A stretch of 64,000 nucleotides of DNA from assembly GCF_018350175.1 (NCBI RefSeq), contig NC_058368.1, positions 97,032,001 through 97,096,000 on the forward strand. The letters run 5' to 3'. The DNA comes from Felis catus (taxonomy: Eukaryota). Shown piece after piece: positions 1 to 11,770 of the stretch (the stretch's first letter is position 1; the number at the start of each line of letters is the position of its first letter). The notes under the pieces were generated by a model that was given only the letters and a program-made list of their open reading frames with translations, was not told the origin of the DNA and did not search any database. Made by a program: the position numbers and the translations under genes.

Positions 1-73
1 AAACCCACAAGCCATGAGATCGTGACCTGAGCCAAAACCAAGAGTCAGAAGCTTAACCTACTGAGCCACCAGG
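1..73 (-). mobile_element. CAN-SINE 5' part (cut by window edge)
   Basis: Reverse complement reads CCTGGTGGCTCAGTAGGTTAAGCTTCTGACTCTTGGTTTTGGCTCAGGTCACGATCTC, the tRNA-derived SINEC head. Confidence 0.9.
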
Positions 74-695
74 AAATTAATTTTTAAAGGAAAATCTGCT
101 AAGCTATTAAGAACAGGAATTTAGCTTCATTCACCTTTTAATGACCTGCAAGGACTAGCAAATACTCCTGCACATGGTAGGTGCTCAAGAAAATACTGGT
201 TGTTAAATGCCTGTTGAAAGTCAAGGTTATTCCCCAAAGCAATATCCCCTTTCCTTTCTCCTGCCCAGCACATAAAAGGAGATTGACAAGAAGAAATGTT
301 TCCTGACTGACTCTCAAAAAAAGGCAAAGTTGTCAACATTTTCCCTTATCAAGAATGTTCTCTACATGAGAAAATAGAGAGCAGCTTCCACAATACAGAC
401 CTGAATGGGAAGATAATGGTCAGCAGGGCTCCCAGAGCTACCCGTGTTCCCACTCCAAACAAGCTCTTAACAAGAACACGCCTGCCAGGGAAACAGAGAG
501 AAACTCATTTTGCGAGGAGACAACACACAGCTGCACAGTTCCATATTCCACTTAATCCCACAGATAAATTCACAAGTTGTCCTAAACATATCACTCTACC
601 GGGGAATTTTTTTTCCCCTATTTCTAGCCGGTGTTGGACGTTTGATGTATCACAAATAATTCATCTCTCCACACCCCCCCGCCATACACATATGT

Positions 696-832
696 ACACA
701 ACCTTCTGTCTTTAAAAGGTTACACTTATCCCCCCCACACACACACACACAACCTTCTGTCTTTAAAAGGTTACACTTATCCCCCCCCCCACACACACAC
801 ACAACCTTCTGTCTTTAAAAGGTTACACTTAT
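696..832. repeat. VNTR: 3 copies of a 34-bp core separated by C-run/(AC)n spacers
   Basis: ACACAACCTTCTGTCTTTAAAAGGTTACACTTAT is identical at 696-729, 747-780 and 799-832. Confidence 0.95.
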
Positions 833-1636
833 TCTGAGTCTCCTTTAAAATCTCTGCACAGGACCCTGGAGATCACAACACAGACTGTTTCTTCACAATG
901 GCACTGGGATTTTCTCCCATGATGAGGGATGGCTCCTGTCACAGCTGCTTCCCAGAATCCTTCCTAAGCCTTTTCTTTTTAAGCACATGAGCCCTGCTTT
1001 TAATTGGGCATTTCATTAGAGAAGAATGAGGCATAAAGGAAAACAAAATGGTCTGTAGTCATTTGTTTTGAGGAGATCATTCTAGTCATCAACATCTGAA
1101 CCCTGCTGAAGAACAGTTTCAATTTCCCTTCTCAAGCACGGGGAAAGCAATGTTGACAACACATATTTCTCTCTGTCAAAACATTTCACTGACTCGGCAA
1201 TCTGTAGACAGTTTGAGAGTCGTATCGCCAGCAAGCGGTGCCATAGCGTTCTCCCCATTATTTTAAAATCCTAATGGCACGTGCTTCATGAGAGGGGCAC
1301 AGTGCGGGCCAAGATCCAAATTGAAAAGAAAAATGCTAAGCGAGTCAGTGAGCAGAGAGGGCACTGTCAATAATGGGCCTCATTACTGAGCCACAGAGAA
1401 AGATGGGGCCATCAGCATCCCGGTTCCTCTGGAGAGGCCGGCCCCATTGCCCTTGGAGTCAAGTCTCCTGAGGAGGGTCACTCGGAATTCTGTGAGCTCT
1501 GCGATCAGCAGAAGTGGGCTCGGGCTCACAAATGAGAAATGGATTTCATACCACGGGACCTAATTCAATTGTTACCTTTGGCTGAGGGTGGGAAGAAGAA
1601 ACGAAAGAATTGTATTCAAGTACAATAAGAGGCCGG

Positions 1637-1637
<1 letters not shown>

Positions 1638-1682
<45 letters not shown>
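1638..1682. repeat. (TG)n microsatellite
   Basis: Uninterrupted TG dinucleotide run. Confidence 0.98.
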
Positions 1683-1685
<3 letters not shown>

Positions 1686-2850
1686 CACAGAAAAAGGCAA
1701 GCAACAGGCACCTAAATTAGACTTAAACTGACAAAACTCCTTATGGCCCCCTAGAAAGATAACTATGGTGGGATCTCCTCACAAAGGTTCATTACACCTT
1801 TAAGAGATAATGTTCAAGGAAATGGAAATGTGCTGCCCGGATAATGGCCTTGGGCTGCGAGGCAGATACCTCGGGGCTTCAAGGCCGTGGCTTTGGCAGA
1901 AAACAAATCCTGAAGCAAAGCTGAGCCTTTCTTGTCAAGGCCAAAGAACACTTATCAGTCACGAGGTTCAGATTCATGAAAGAAATGCCTTCCAAAAAAG
2001 GCAAAGACAGTCAGTAGTAAAGTGCCCTGCAAGCAACGCGCAGGCTTACCAATGGGCGGCCACATCTATCCCCAGGTTCTCAAGGGAGAAGACCATTTAC
2101 CCATTATTGTCAACTGGCTGGTTTAGTAAAATTGCTCAGACCTCCCACCATTCACCTCCGGCCTTTCAACATAGTTTGCTGGCTTTTGCTAAACCTATTG
2201 TCATCCTTTTCTAAAAGGTCAATGAGACCGTGTGTTGATTTGACAGTAGCAAGTGCTTTTGCCGTGATCCCTGATAATATTAATCTGGCTGTGTTTCACA
2301 GGAAGTGTGCAGTTTGTCTTTCTTATAAAAATTCCTTGATTCGTCAAGCTGGTACCAGCTGTTATCACTTTAATAGAGATCCCTGCATAACTTCAAAATA
2401 TCTTACTCCCTCCAAAATTATCCTGATGCTCAAAACTGTCTGGCGCTCTGAAATGTGCTTCTTGCTTCTGTCTCTTATCTGGATGGGTTAATTAACTTCA
2501 CCCAGCATGCTGTTAAGCTGCGCTACCAGCCAGGCATCTAGCTTTACCACAGCAGTCCCCTTCCGCCATGTTCCTACAGAGACAAACAAGTATGGCCAAG
2601 GGGATAAGGCTGTGGTAGGTTTTGTTTTTTTTGTGTTTCTGTTTTTGTTTTTGCTTTTGCTTTTTATTCTCTCATGAAGAGGAGCATTTAGGTGGTAACT
2701 ACTTGATGAGGTAGAAAGTGGCAGCTACTCAAAGTTCACTCATGTGTTTGAGACAACTCAGGCCATTTGATGGCAAAGGTAAGATCATCTGGAGGGAGGA
2801 TACTAGAAAGGGAAATGATAATAGTTACGTTTTAAAATATACCATAGAAG

Positions 2851-3050
2851 ATGCCTGGGTGGTTCAGTTGATTGAGCATCTGACTTCAACTCGGTCATTA
2901 TCTCACAGTTCATGAATTCAAGCCCACATCGGGCTTGCTGCTGTGAGCATGGAGCCTGATTTGGATCCTCTGTCCCCCTTCTCTCCACCCCTCCCCCCAC
3001 CTGTGCTTTCTCAAAAATTAATAAACATTTTTAAAATTTCTTTTAAAAAA
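2851..3050 (+). mobile_element. CAN-SINE (diverged), tail interrupted by the L1
   Basis: GCCTGGGTGGTTCAGTTG head, CT-rich region, AATAAA and A-rich tail; flank CCATAGAAG (2842-2850) reappears at 8658-8666 after the L1. Confidence 0.9.
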
Positions 3051-3377
3051 AGGCATACAGCAAAGCTAGCTAAGCCTGCCACTCCCGCCCCTGTGCACCT
3101 TGCAGATCCACCCCAGCTAATACGCCCTTGGCCAGATCCCATCAAAGCACAAGACTGGCAGTGTGCAAGCAGCCCATACAGGGTCCACACCACTCCACAG
3201 TGACTCCTGCCCCTGGGAGAGGGGAAGATAAGGTACACACCAGTCTGACTATGGCCCCAGTGGTGGGCTGGGGGCAGACATTGGGTCTGACGGTGGCCCT
3301 GTGCACCAACACATGTTTCTCTGGACAGCACAGGGGAAGGGCCCTGGAGTTGGGAGCTACCGCAGGGACTACCCAAA

Positions 3378-4420
3378 ATGACAAAACGGAAGAATTCTCC
3401 TCAAAAGAAACTCCAGGAAGTAGTGACAGATAACAAATTGATCAAAACTGATTTAAGCAGTATAACAGAACAAGAATTTAGAATGATAGTCATAAAATTA
3501 ATCTCTGGACTGAGAACAAACTGAGGGTTGATGGGGGGTGGGAGGGAGGGGAGGGTGGGTGATGGGTATTGAGGAGGGCACCTTTTGGGATGAGCACTGG
3601 GTGTTGTATGGAAACCAATTTGACAATAAATTTTATATATTGAAAAAAAGAAAAAATTAATCTCTGGGCTTGAAAAAAGCATAGAGGACAGCAGAGAATC
3701 TACTGCTACAGAGATCAAGGGACTAAGAAACAGGAGGAGCTAAAAAATGCTATAAATGAGCTGCAAAATAAAATGGAGGTTGCCACAGCACGAATTGAAG
3801 AGGCAGAGGAGAGAATAAGTGAATTAAAAGATAAAATTATGGAAAAAGAGGGAGCTGAGAAAAAGAGAGATAAAAAAATCCAGGAGTATAAGGGGAGAAT
3901 TAGAGAACTAAGTGATGCAATCAAACGGAACAATATCCATATCATAGGAATTCCAGAAGAAGAGAGAGAGAAAGGGGATGAAGGTGTACTTGAACAAATC
4001 ATAGCTGAGAACTTCCTTAATCTGGGGAAGGAAACAGACATTGAAATCCAAGAGGCACAGAGAACTCCCTTCAGATGTAACTTGAATCAATCCTCTGCAA
4101 GATATATCATAGTGAAATTGTGATACAAGGATAAAGAGAGAATTCTGAAAGCAGCTAGGGATAAACAGGCCCTAAGTTACAAAGGTAGACACATAAGGGT
4201 AGTAGCAGACCTATCTACTGAAACTTGGCAGGCCAGAAAGAAATGGCAGGAAATCTTCAATGTGATGAACAGAAAAAATATGCAGCCAAGAACCCTTTAT
4301 CCAGCAAGTCTGTCATTCAGAATAGAAGGAGAGATAAAGGTTTTCCCAAGCAAACAAAAAGTGAAGGAATTCATCACCGCTAAACCAGCCCTACAAGAGA
4401 TCCTAAGGGGGATTCTGTGA
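3378..4420 (+). pseudogene. L1 ORF1p remnant (coiled-coil RNA-binding protein)
   Basis: MTKRKNSPQKKLQE...KLISG, then RIEEAEERISELKDK...NNIHIIGIPEE...IIAENF; broken by the 3509-3652 insertion, frameshifts and stops. Confidence 0.93.
3509..3652 (+). mobile_element. 5'-truncated L1 3' end nested inside ORF1
   Basis: Matches the host L1 3'UTR (8412-8550); perfect 15-bp TSD AAAATTAATCTCTGG at 3494-3508 and 3653-3667. Confidence 0.95.
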
Positions 4421-4488
4421 GTGAAATGTTGCAAGGACCACAAAGTACCAGAGACATCTCTCCAAGCATGAAATGTACAGACATCACA

Positions 4489-7400
4489 ACGATTCTAAAC
4501 CCATATCTTTCTATAATAACACTGAATGTAAATGGACTAAATGCTCCAACCAAAAGACAAAGGGTACCAGAATTGATAAAAAAAAAAAAAAAAAAAAAAG
4601 ACCAAGACCCATCTATCTGCTGTCTACAAGAGATACATTTTAGACCAGAGGACACCTTCAGATTGAAAGCAAGGGGATGGAGAACTATCTATCATGCTAC
4701 TGGAAGTCAAAAGAAAGCTGGAGTAGCCATACTTATAACAGACAAACTAGACTTTAAATTAAAGGTTGTAACAAGAAGAAGGGCATTATATAATTACAGG
4801 GTCTATCCATCAGGAAGAGCTAACAATTATAAATGTCTATGCTCCGAATAAGAAAGCCCCCAAATATATAAAACAGTTAATCACAATCATAAGCAACCTT
4901 ATTGATAAGAAAGTGGTAATTGCAGTGTAAGTTAATACCCCACTTACAACAATGGATAGATCATCTAGACACAGAATCAATAAAGAAACAAGGGCCCTGA
5001 CTGATACATTGGATCAGATGGACTTGACAGATATATTTAGAACTCTGCCTCCCAAAGAAACAGAATATGCTTTCTTCTCGAGTGCACATGGAACATTTTC
5101 CAAGATAGATCACATACTGGGTCACAAAACAGCCCTTCATAAGCATAGAAGAATTGCGATCATACCATGCACACTTTCAGACCACAGTGCTATGAAACTT
5201 GAAATCAACCACAGGAAAAAGTCTGGAAAACCTCCAAAAGCATGGACGTTAAAGAACACCCTACTAAAGAATGAATGGGTCAACCAGGCAATTAGAGAAG
5301 AAATTTAAAAATATATGGAAACAAACGAAAATGAAAATACAACAATCCAAATGCTTTGGGATGCAGCGAAGGCAGTCCTTAGAGGAAAATACATTGCAAT
5401 CCACGCCTATCTCAAGAAACAAGAAAAATCCCAAATACAAAATCTAACAGCACACCTAAAGGCAACAGAAGCAGAACAGCAAACGCACCCCAAACCCAGC
5501 AGAAGAAGAAAAATAATAAAGATCAGAGCAGAAATAAACAACATAGAATCTAAAAAAAACTATAGAGCATATCAATGAAACCAAGAGTTGGTTTTTTGAA
5601 AAAAATAAACAAAATTCATAAACCTCTAGCCAGGTTTCTCAAAAAGAAAAGGGAGATTACCCAAATAGATGAAATCATGAGTGAAAATGGAATTATTACA
5701 ACTAATCCCTCAGAAATACAAGCAATTATCAGGGAATGCTGTGAAAAATTATATGCCAATAAACTGGACAACCTGGAAGAAATGGACAAGTTCCTAAGCA
5801 CCCACACAGTTCCCAAACTCAAACAGGAAGAAATAGAAAATTTGAACAGACCCACAACCACCGAAGAAATTGAATCAGTTATCAAAAATCTCCCAACAAA
5901 TAAGAGCCCAGGACCAGATGGCTTCCCTGGTGAATTCTACCAGACATTTAAAGCAGAGATAGTACCTATCCTTCTCAAGCTGTTCCAAAAAAAAGAAAGG
6001 GAAGGAAAACTTTAAGACTCATTCTATGAAGCCAGCATTACTTTGATTCCTAAACCAGACAGAGACCCAGCCAAAAAAGAGAACTACAGGCCAATATCCC
6101 TAATGAATATGGATGCAAAAATTGTCAACAAGATACTAGCAAATTGAATGCAACAGCGTGTAAAAAGAATTATTCACCATGATCAAGTGGGATTCATTCC
6201 TGGGCTGCAGGGCTGGTTCAATATTTGCAAATCAACCAATGTGATACATCACATTAATAAAAGAAAAGATAAGAACCATATGATCCTGTCAATCAATGCA
6301 GAAAAAGCATTGGACAAAATTCAGCATCCTTTCTTAATAAAAACCCTAGAGAAAGTCAGGATAGAAGGAACATACTTAAACATCATAAAAGCCATTTATG
6401 AAAAGCCCACAGCTAATATCATCCTCAATGGGGAAAAACTGAGAGCTTTTTCCCTGAGATCAGGAACACGACAGGGATGTCAACTCTCACTGCTGTTGTT
6501 TAACATAGTGTTGGAAGTTCTAGCATTAGCAATCAGACAACAAAAGGAAATCAAAGGCATCAAAATTGGCAGAGATGAAGTGAAGCTTTCACTTTTTGCA
6601 GATGACATGATATTATACATGGAAAACCTGACAGATTCCACCAAAAGTCTGCTAGAACTGATACATGAATTTAGCAAAGTTGCAGGATACAAAATCAATG
6701 TACGGAAATAAGTTTCATTCTTATACACTAATAATGAAGCAACAGAAAGACAAATAAAGAAACTGATCCCATTCACAATTGTACCAAGAAGCATAAAATA
6801 CCTAGGGATAAATCTAACTAAAGATGTAAAAGATCTGTATGCCAAAAACTATAGAAAGCTTACGAAGAAAATTGAAGAAGATACAAAGAAATAGAAAAAC
6901 ATTCCATGTTCATGGACTGGAAGAATAAATATTGTTAAAATGTCAATACTACCCAAAGCAATCTACACATTCAATGCAATCCCAATCAAAATTGCACCAG
7001 CATTCTTCTCAAAGCTAGAACAAGCAATCCTAAAATTTGTATGGAACCACAAAAGACTCCAAATAGCCAAAGTAATATTGAAGAAGAAGACCAAAGTAGG
7101 AGGTAACACAATCCCAGACTTTAGCCTCTACTACAAAGCTGTAATCATCAAGACAGTATGATATTGGCACAAAAACAGACACATAGACCAATGGAATAGA
7201 ATAGAGACCCCAGAATTGGACCCACAAATGTATGGGCAACTAATATTTGACAAAGGGAAGAATATCCAATGGAAAAAAGACAGTATCTTTAACAAGTGGT
7301 GCTGGGAGAACTGGACAGCAACTTGCAGAGGAATGAAACTAGACTACTTTCTTACACCATTCACACAAGTAAACTCAAAATGGATGAAGGACCTGAATGT

Positions 7401-8325
7401 GAGACAGGAAACCATCAAAACCCCAGAGGAGAAAGCAGGAAAAAAACCTCTCTGACCTCAGCCACAGCAATTTCTTACTTGACATATCTCCAAAGGCAAG
7501 GGAATTAAAAGCAAAAAATTAACTATTGGGACCTCATGAAGATAAAAAGCTTCTTCACAGCAAAGGAAACAATCAACAAAACTAAAAGGCAACCGATAGA
7601 ATGGGAAAAGATATTTGCAAATGACATATCAGACAAAGGGCTGGTATCTAAAATGTATGAAGAACTCACCAAACTCCACACCCAAAAAACAAATAATCCA
7701 GTGAAGAAATGGGCAGAAGACATGAATAGACAATTCTCTAAAGAAGACATCCAGATGGCCAACAGGCACATGAAAAGATGCTTAATGTCACCCCTCATCA
7801 GGGAAATAGAAATCAAAACCACACTGAGATGTCACCTCACACCAGTCAGAGTGGCTAAAATGAACAAATCAGGAGACTGTAGATGCTGGAGAGGATGTGG
7901 AGAAACAGGAACCCTCTTGCACTGTTGGTGGGAATGCAAACTGGTGCAGCCACTCTGGAAAATAGTGTGGAGGTTCCTCAAAAAATTAAAAATAGATCTA
8001 CCCTATGACCCAGCAATAGCACTGGTAGGAATTTACCCGAGGGATACAAGAGTGCTGATGCATAGGGGCACTTTGTACCCCAATGTTTATAGCAGCACTT
8101 TCAACAATAGCTAAATTATGGAAAGAGACTAAATGTCCATCAACTGATGAATGGATAAAGAAGTTGTGGTTTATATATACAATGGAATACTACTTGGCAA
8201 TGAGAAAGAATGAAATATGGCCTTTTGTAGCAATGTGGATGGAACTGGAGAGTGTTATGCTAAGTGAAATAAGTCATGCAAAGAAAGACAGATACCATGT
8301 GTTTTCACTCTTATGTGGATCCTGA
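4489..8325 (+). pseudogene. L1 ORF2p remnant (APE endonuclease + reverse transcriptase + Cys-rich domain)
   Basis: LSIITLNVNGLNAP, DPSICCLQE, SKIDHILGHK, SDH (endonuclease); [40 protein letters not shown] (RT); [18 protein letters not shown]. Split into many ORFs by stops and frameshifts; the start codon appears to be ACG. Confidence 0.97.
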
Positions 8326-10454
8326 GAAACTTACAGAAGACCATGGGGGAGGGGAAGGGGAAAAAAAAAAAGTTAGAGAGGGAGGGAGCCAAACCATGGG
8401 AGACTCTTAAAAACTGAGAATAAACTAAGGGTCGATGGGGGGTAGGGGAGAGGGGAAAGTGGGTGATGGGCATTGAGAAGGGCACCTGTTGGGATGAGCA
8501 CTGGGTGCTGTATGGAAACCAATTTGACAATAAATTTCATATTTAAAAAAAAACATCAAAGTAGAAACAGTTTGACAGAGACCACCATTGCTATAAGAAA
8601 AATAAAATTAAAAACACTGAAAAAATAAATAAATAATAAAAATAAATTTTAAAAAGGCCATAGAAGAATGTATAAATAACCTCTTTCCTTACCCTTCCTG
8701 TATATATCTTCCTGTGCTACAACCCTAAGAAGCATTTTAATTCTTAATTCCTAATACACAATAATCCTTGTAGGTATCTACCTTTAATACTGTCCAAGTC
8801 ATGGCCACTTGGTCCTGCGATAGTACCAAAGTCAGAGTGTTTATGGCCATCTCCTTCACCTCCTTTGCTTCCCAGAGGAGGAGATCCAAGGTCCAGATGG
8901 ATTCAAAACAGCATTAAAAAGAGCTAAATTCTCCAGAGAGAATCCCATCTACACCACTGGAGGGTCCCAGATGTACTAGAAAGGCAGATGTGACTGTCAC
9001 AGAGAAATCAATAACTAGGGATTGTTACCTGTGCAGAGCCATTGGGAGTATCTAATGTGGCCTAAGGGGGTGAAGTCACATTCATTTCTGTGAGTCCTAG
9101 ACCCTTGTCTAGACCAAAGCAAACTGTCTCTGAAATGAATGTATTATCTTCTGGTTTACTTTGACTCTATGTAAAATGGGAGAAAATGACAACAGATAGA
9201 GGGATGGGTCCAGGAGATAGTAAATAGGGCTGGAATTTGAAAGTACAGACAGTTTATTTTAAAGGCTCAAATTTCTTGATCTCAAATGAGGACCTCTGCA
9301 TCTTCTGATGAACTTATTAAAAACCAAATCAAATTTTTGCTGCAGGGAACTAAAATTGCAGATATGTAAACAGGTTTGGGTTAGGCTATACTGGAATCCC
9401 AGTTTAAATGTTACAGGGTGACCACTACTGAGTATTTCAAACTTGCCTTAACCTGACTTGCTCTCCTTTCAACTTACCTATATAATGCCTAATGACATCT
9501 GTGTTTGTTTTCCTCTTGAAATATTTTATAGTCAGCTCCCAGTAATTGGGCCACAGCTAGCATTTCTTCACCATATTGATTCACCAAGTTGATATCCATT
9601 GGTTGTTGACCTCAATAATGGGGAGGACACCTATAGTTTGAGCAGTATCCCTGATGCCTGGACATCCATATGCCAGTGCATATTAAGGACAAACAGATGA
9701 CTAAGAGAAAACAGGCTCCAAATGGGGATAACATGTCACTATTCAGGCTCCTTTTTCTCCCTGCCCTACAGTCATCGATGGACTGCCCCACTAAGTGGGA
9801 GGGACCTAGGTCAATCACTCTGTGCATCAAAGATACACTTCACTGGGTACTGACTGACAGACCCACTAAGATCATCCTTTCTAGAACATCTGAGCATGAG
9901 ACACCAAGAAGGATACAAAAGACCCAGAGAGAAGAAGCCAAAGCAATGAGACAATGGAAGCCACCAGTAAATACAGGCCATGGGGTAGGGAATGTAGGAA
10001 AGAGAGATGGCAGTCAACAGCCTCAGAAGGAGAGAATCACAGTGAACACAACAGAGAGGCAGAGACACACTAGGGCAAAGAGAGTGGACTCATATGTTTC
10101 TCTGGTACCTGAACACTGTTCCATACATCTCTGAGGTCTTCTTGGGGGTCTACTGAGGGGGATTCTTCTTCTCCATATTCCTTAAATCCTAACGAACTCA
10201 GGGACTTTCCTCCATCAGTGTAGTAATAATGTGACCATTGCTCACAGTATTTGGGAACTTTTTGGGGATTACCTCAAAATCTGATCAAGATTCTCCTGAA
10301 TGTCCATAAAGCGATATGAAATCTTTTAATTCTGAAAAAGAGGTTTTTGAAAATGGGAGAAGAGTAAAAGAGTAACTCAGAGTCGAATCTTTGAAAGAAG
10401 GTAGAGGATCTAATTGAAAAATCTTTAAAAAACAAATTAGATATGATCCTAAAA

Positions 10455-10782
10455 ACAGGATTCTGCAAAGGACCACATAATAAATATTTCAGGCTTTGAG
10501 GGCCATATGGTCTCTGTCAAAACTACTAACCTCTGCCATTGTAGCATGAAAGCTGCCATATATGAGGGTGTATAAATGAATAAACATTGCTGTGTTCCAA
10601 CAAAACATTATTTTTGATCATTGGAATGTGAATTTCATGTAATTTTCATGTGTCACAATATATTATTTTTCTTTTGATTTTTTTCAACCACTTAAAAATG
10701 TAAAAACCATTCTTAACTCTGGAGTCATACCAAACAGGCAGTAGGCTGGATTTCACTTGAGGCCCTCTTTGGCTGAACCCTT
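10455..10782 (+). mobile_element. MER58B-like hAT-Charlie non-autonomous DNA transposon
   Basis: AATAAATATTTCAGGCTTTGAGGGCCATATGGTCTCTGTC...CTCTGCCATTGTAGCATGAAAGC...TTTCAACCACTTAAAAATGTAAAAACCATTCTTA resembles the MER58 consensus as recalled. Confidence 0.8.
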
Positions 10783-11300
10783 TTCTAAAGACTGGAAAGT
10801 GTCAACAGGTACACCTGCATGTGTGGTGGGGTGTGTGTGTGTACGTGCACATGTGCAAATGTGTTAAAGTGCTCTGAAGCCAAATCCAAAGGAGTTCCTA
10901 GACATTTAGCAGAAGTGATCTCACTGAAAAAAGCGATAGCTTCCCAAGGTGATTATACTGAAGTGCAAAATTATTACAATACATACACTCCTTGGGGGCA
11001 GAGACTGTGCCTCATGCATTTCAGTTTCGTTCACTTGCCTTACAAATAGTCCACATTCAATTTATTTTTTGCCAATTGAATGCGTTTTAATGAGTTTGTT
11101 AAAAGCCATCTCATTACATGATAGCTGTCCCTTGAATACGAACTAACTATTCAAAGATTCTTGAACAATTTAGATCAATGTATCTGAAACAGAGTGTTAA
11201 AATACTACCCATCATTAACATTTGGTTTATTCACTAGTAATTCCAATCTGGAAAACTGTGATCTGTCTTTGAAAATGTCTTTTTAATTTAAAAAATTATA

Positions 11301-11525
11301 GGGGCGCCTGGGTGGCACAGTCGGTTAAGCGTCCGACTTCAGCCAGGTCACGATCTCGCGGTCCGTGAGTTCGAGCCCCGCGTCAGGCTCTGGGCTGATG
11401 GCTCAGAGCCTGGAGCCTGGTTCCGATTCTGTGTCTCCCTCTCTCTCTGCCCCTCCTCCGTTCATGCTCTGTCTCTCTCTGTCCCAAAAATAAATAAACG
11501 CTGAAAAAAAAAATTAAAAAAAAAT
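11301..11525 (+). mobile_element. Young felid SINE (SINEC_Fc-type)
   Basis: CpG-rich intact head GGGGCGCCTGGGTGGCACAGTCGGTTAAGCGTCCGACTTC, (CT)n region, AATAAA, A tail. Confidence 0.97.
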
Positions 11526-11527
11526 AT

Positions 11528-11578
<51 letters not shown>

Positions 11579-11770
11579 TTTTGAGAGAGAGAGGGAGGGA
11601 GAGAGTGTGAGCAAGAGAGGGTCAGAGAGAAGGAGAGAGCGAATCCCAAGCAGGCTGCACAGTGTCAGCACAGAGCTCTATGCAGGGCTTGAGCCCATGA
11701 ACTGTGAGATCATCACCTGAGCTGAAATCAAGAGTCAGACACTTAACTGAATGATCCACCCAGGCGCCCC
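11526..11770 (-). mobile_element. CAN-SINE with (TTTA)n tail
   Basis: Ends CAGGCGCCCC at 11770; degenerate TSD AAAATGTCTTTT (11272) / AAAATATCTTTT (11773) brackets both this SINE and the younger one. Confidence 0.95.

Larger units (their letters stand above)
3055..8646 (+). mobile_element. LINE-1 (carnivore/felid type), near full-length, inactivated
   Basis: Partial 5'UTR, ORF1 and ORF2 remnants, G-rich 3'UTR, AATAAA and poly(A); flanked by TTTTAAAAA(AA)GGC at 3041-3054 and 8647-8658. Confidence 0.97.

Noticed and set aside
696..832. CRISPR-like repeat-spacer layout (also 28421-28519 and 53450-54550)
   Set aside because: Mammalian DNA; the spacers are low-complexity or mutually related rather than unique, and there are no cas genes. 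These are VNTRs.
3378..8325. Active L1 or domesticated reverse transcriptase gene
   Set aside because: Both ORFs carry many stops and frameshifts, ORF1 has an insertion, and the 5'UTR is incomplete.
11301..11380. tRNA genes in SINE heads (A/B-box-like motifs), here and at the other SINEs
   Set aside because: They continue into SINE body, (CT)n and poly(A) with TSDs; tRNA-derived SINEs, not tRNAs.
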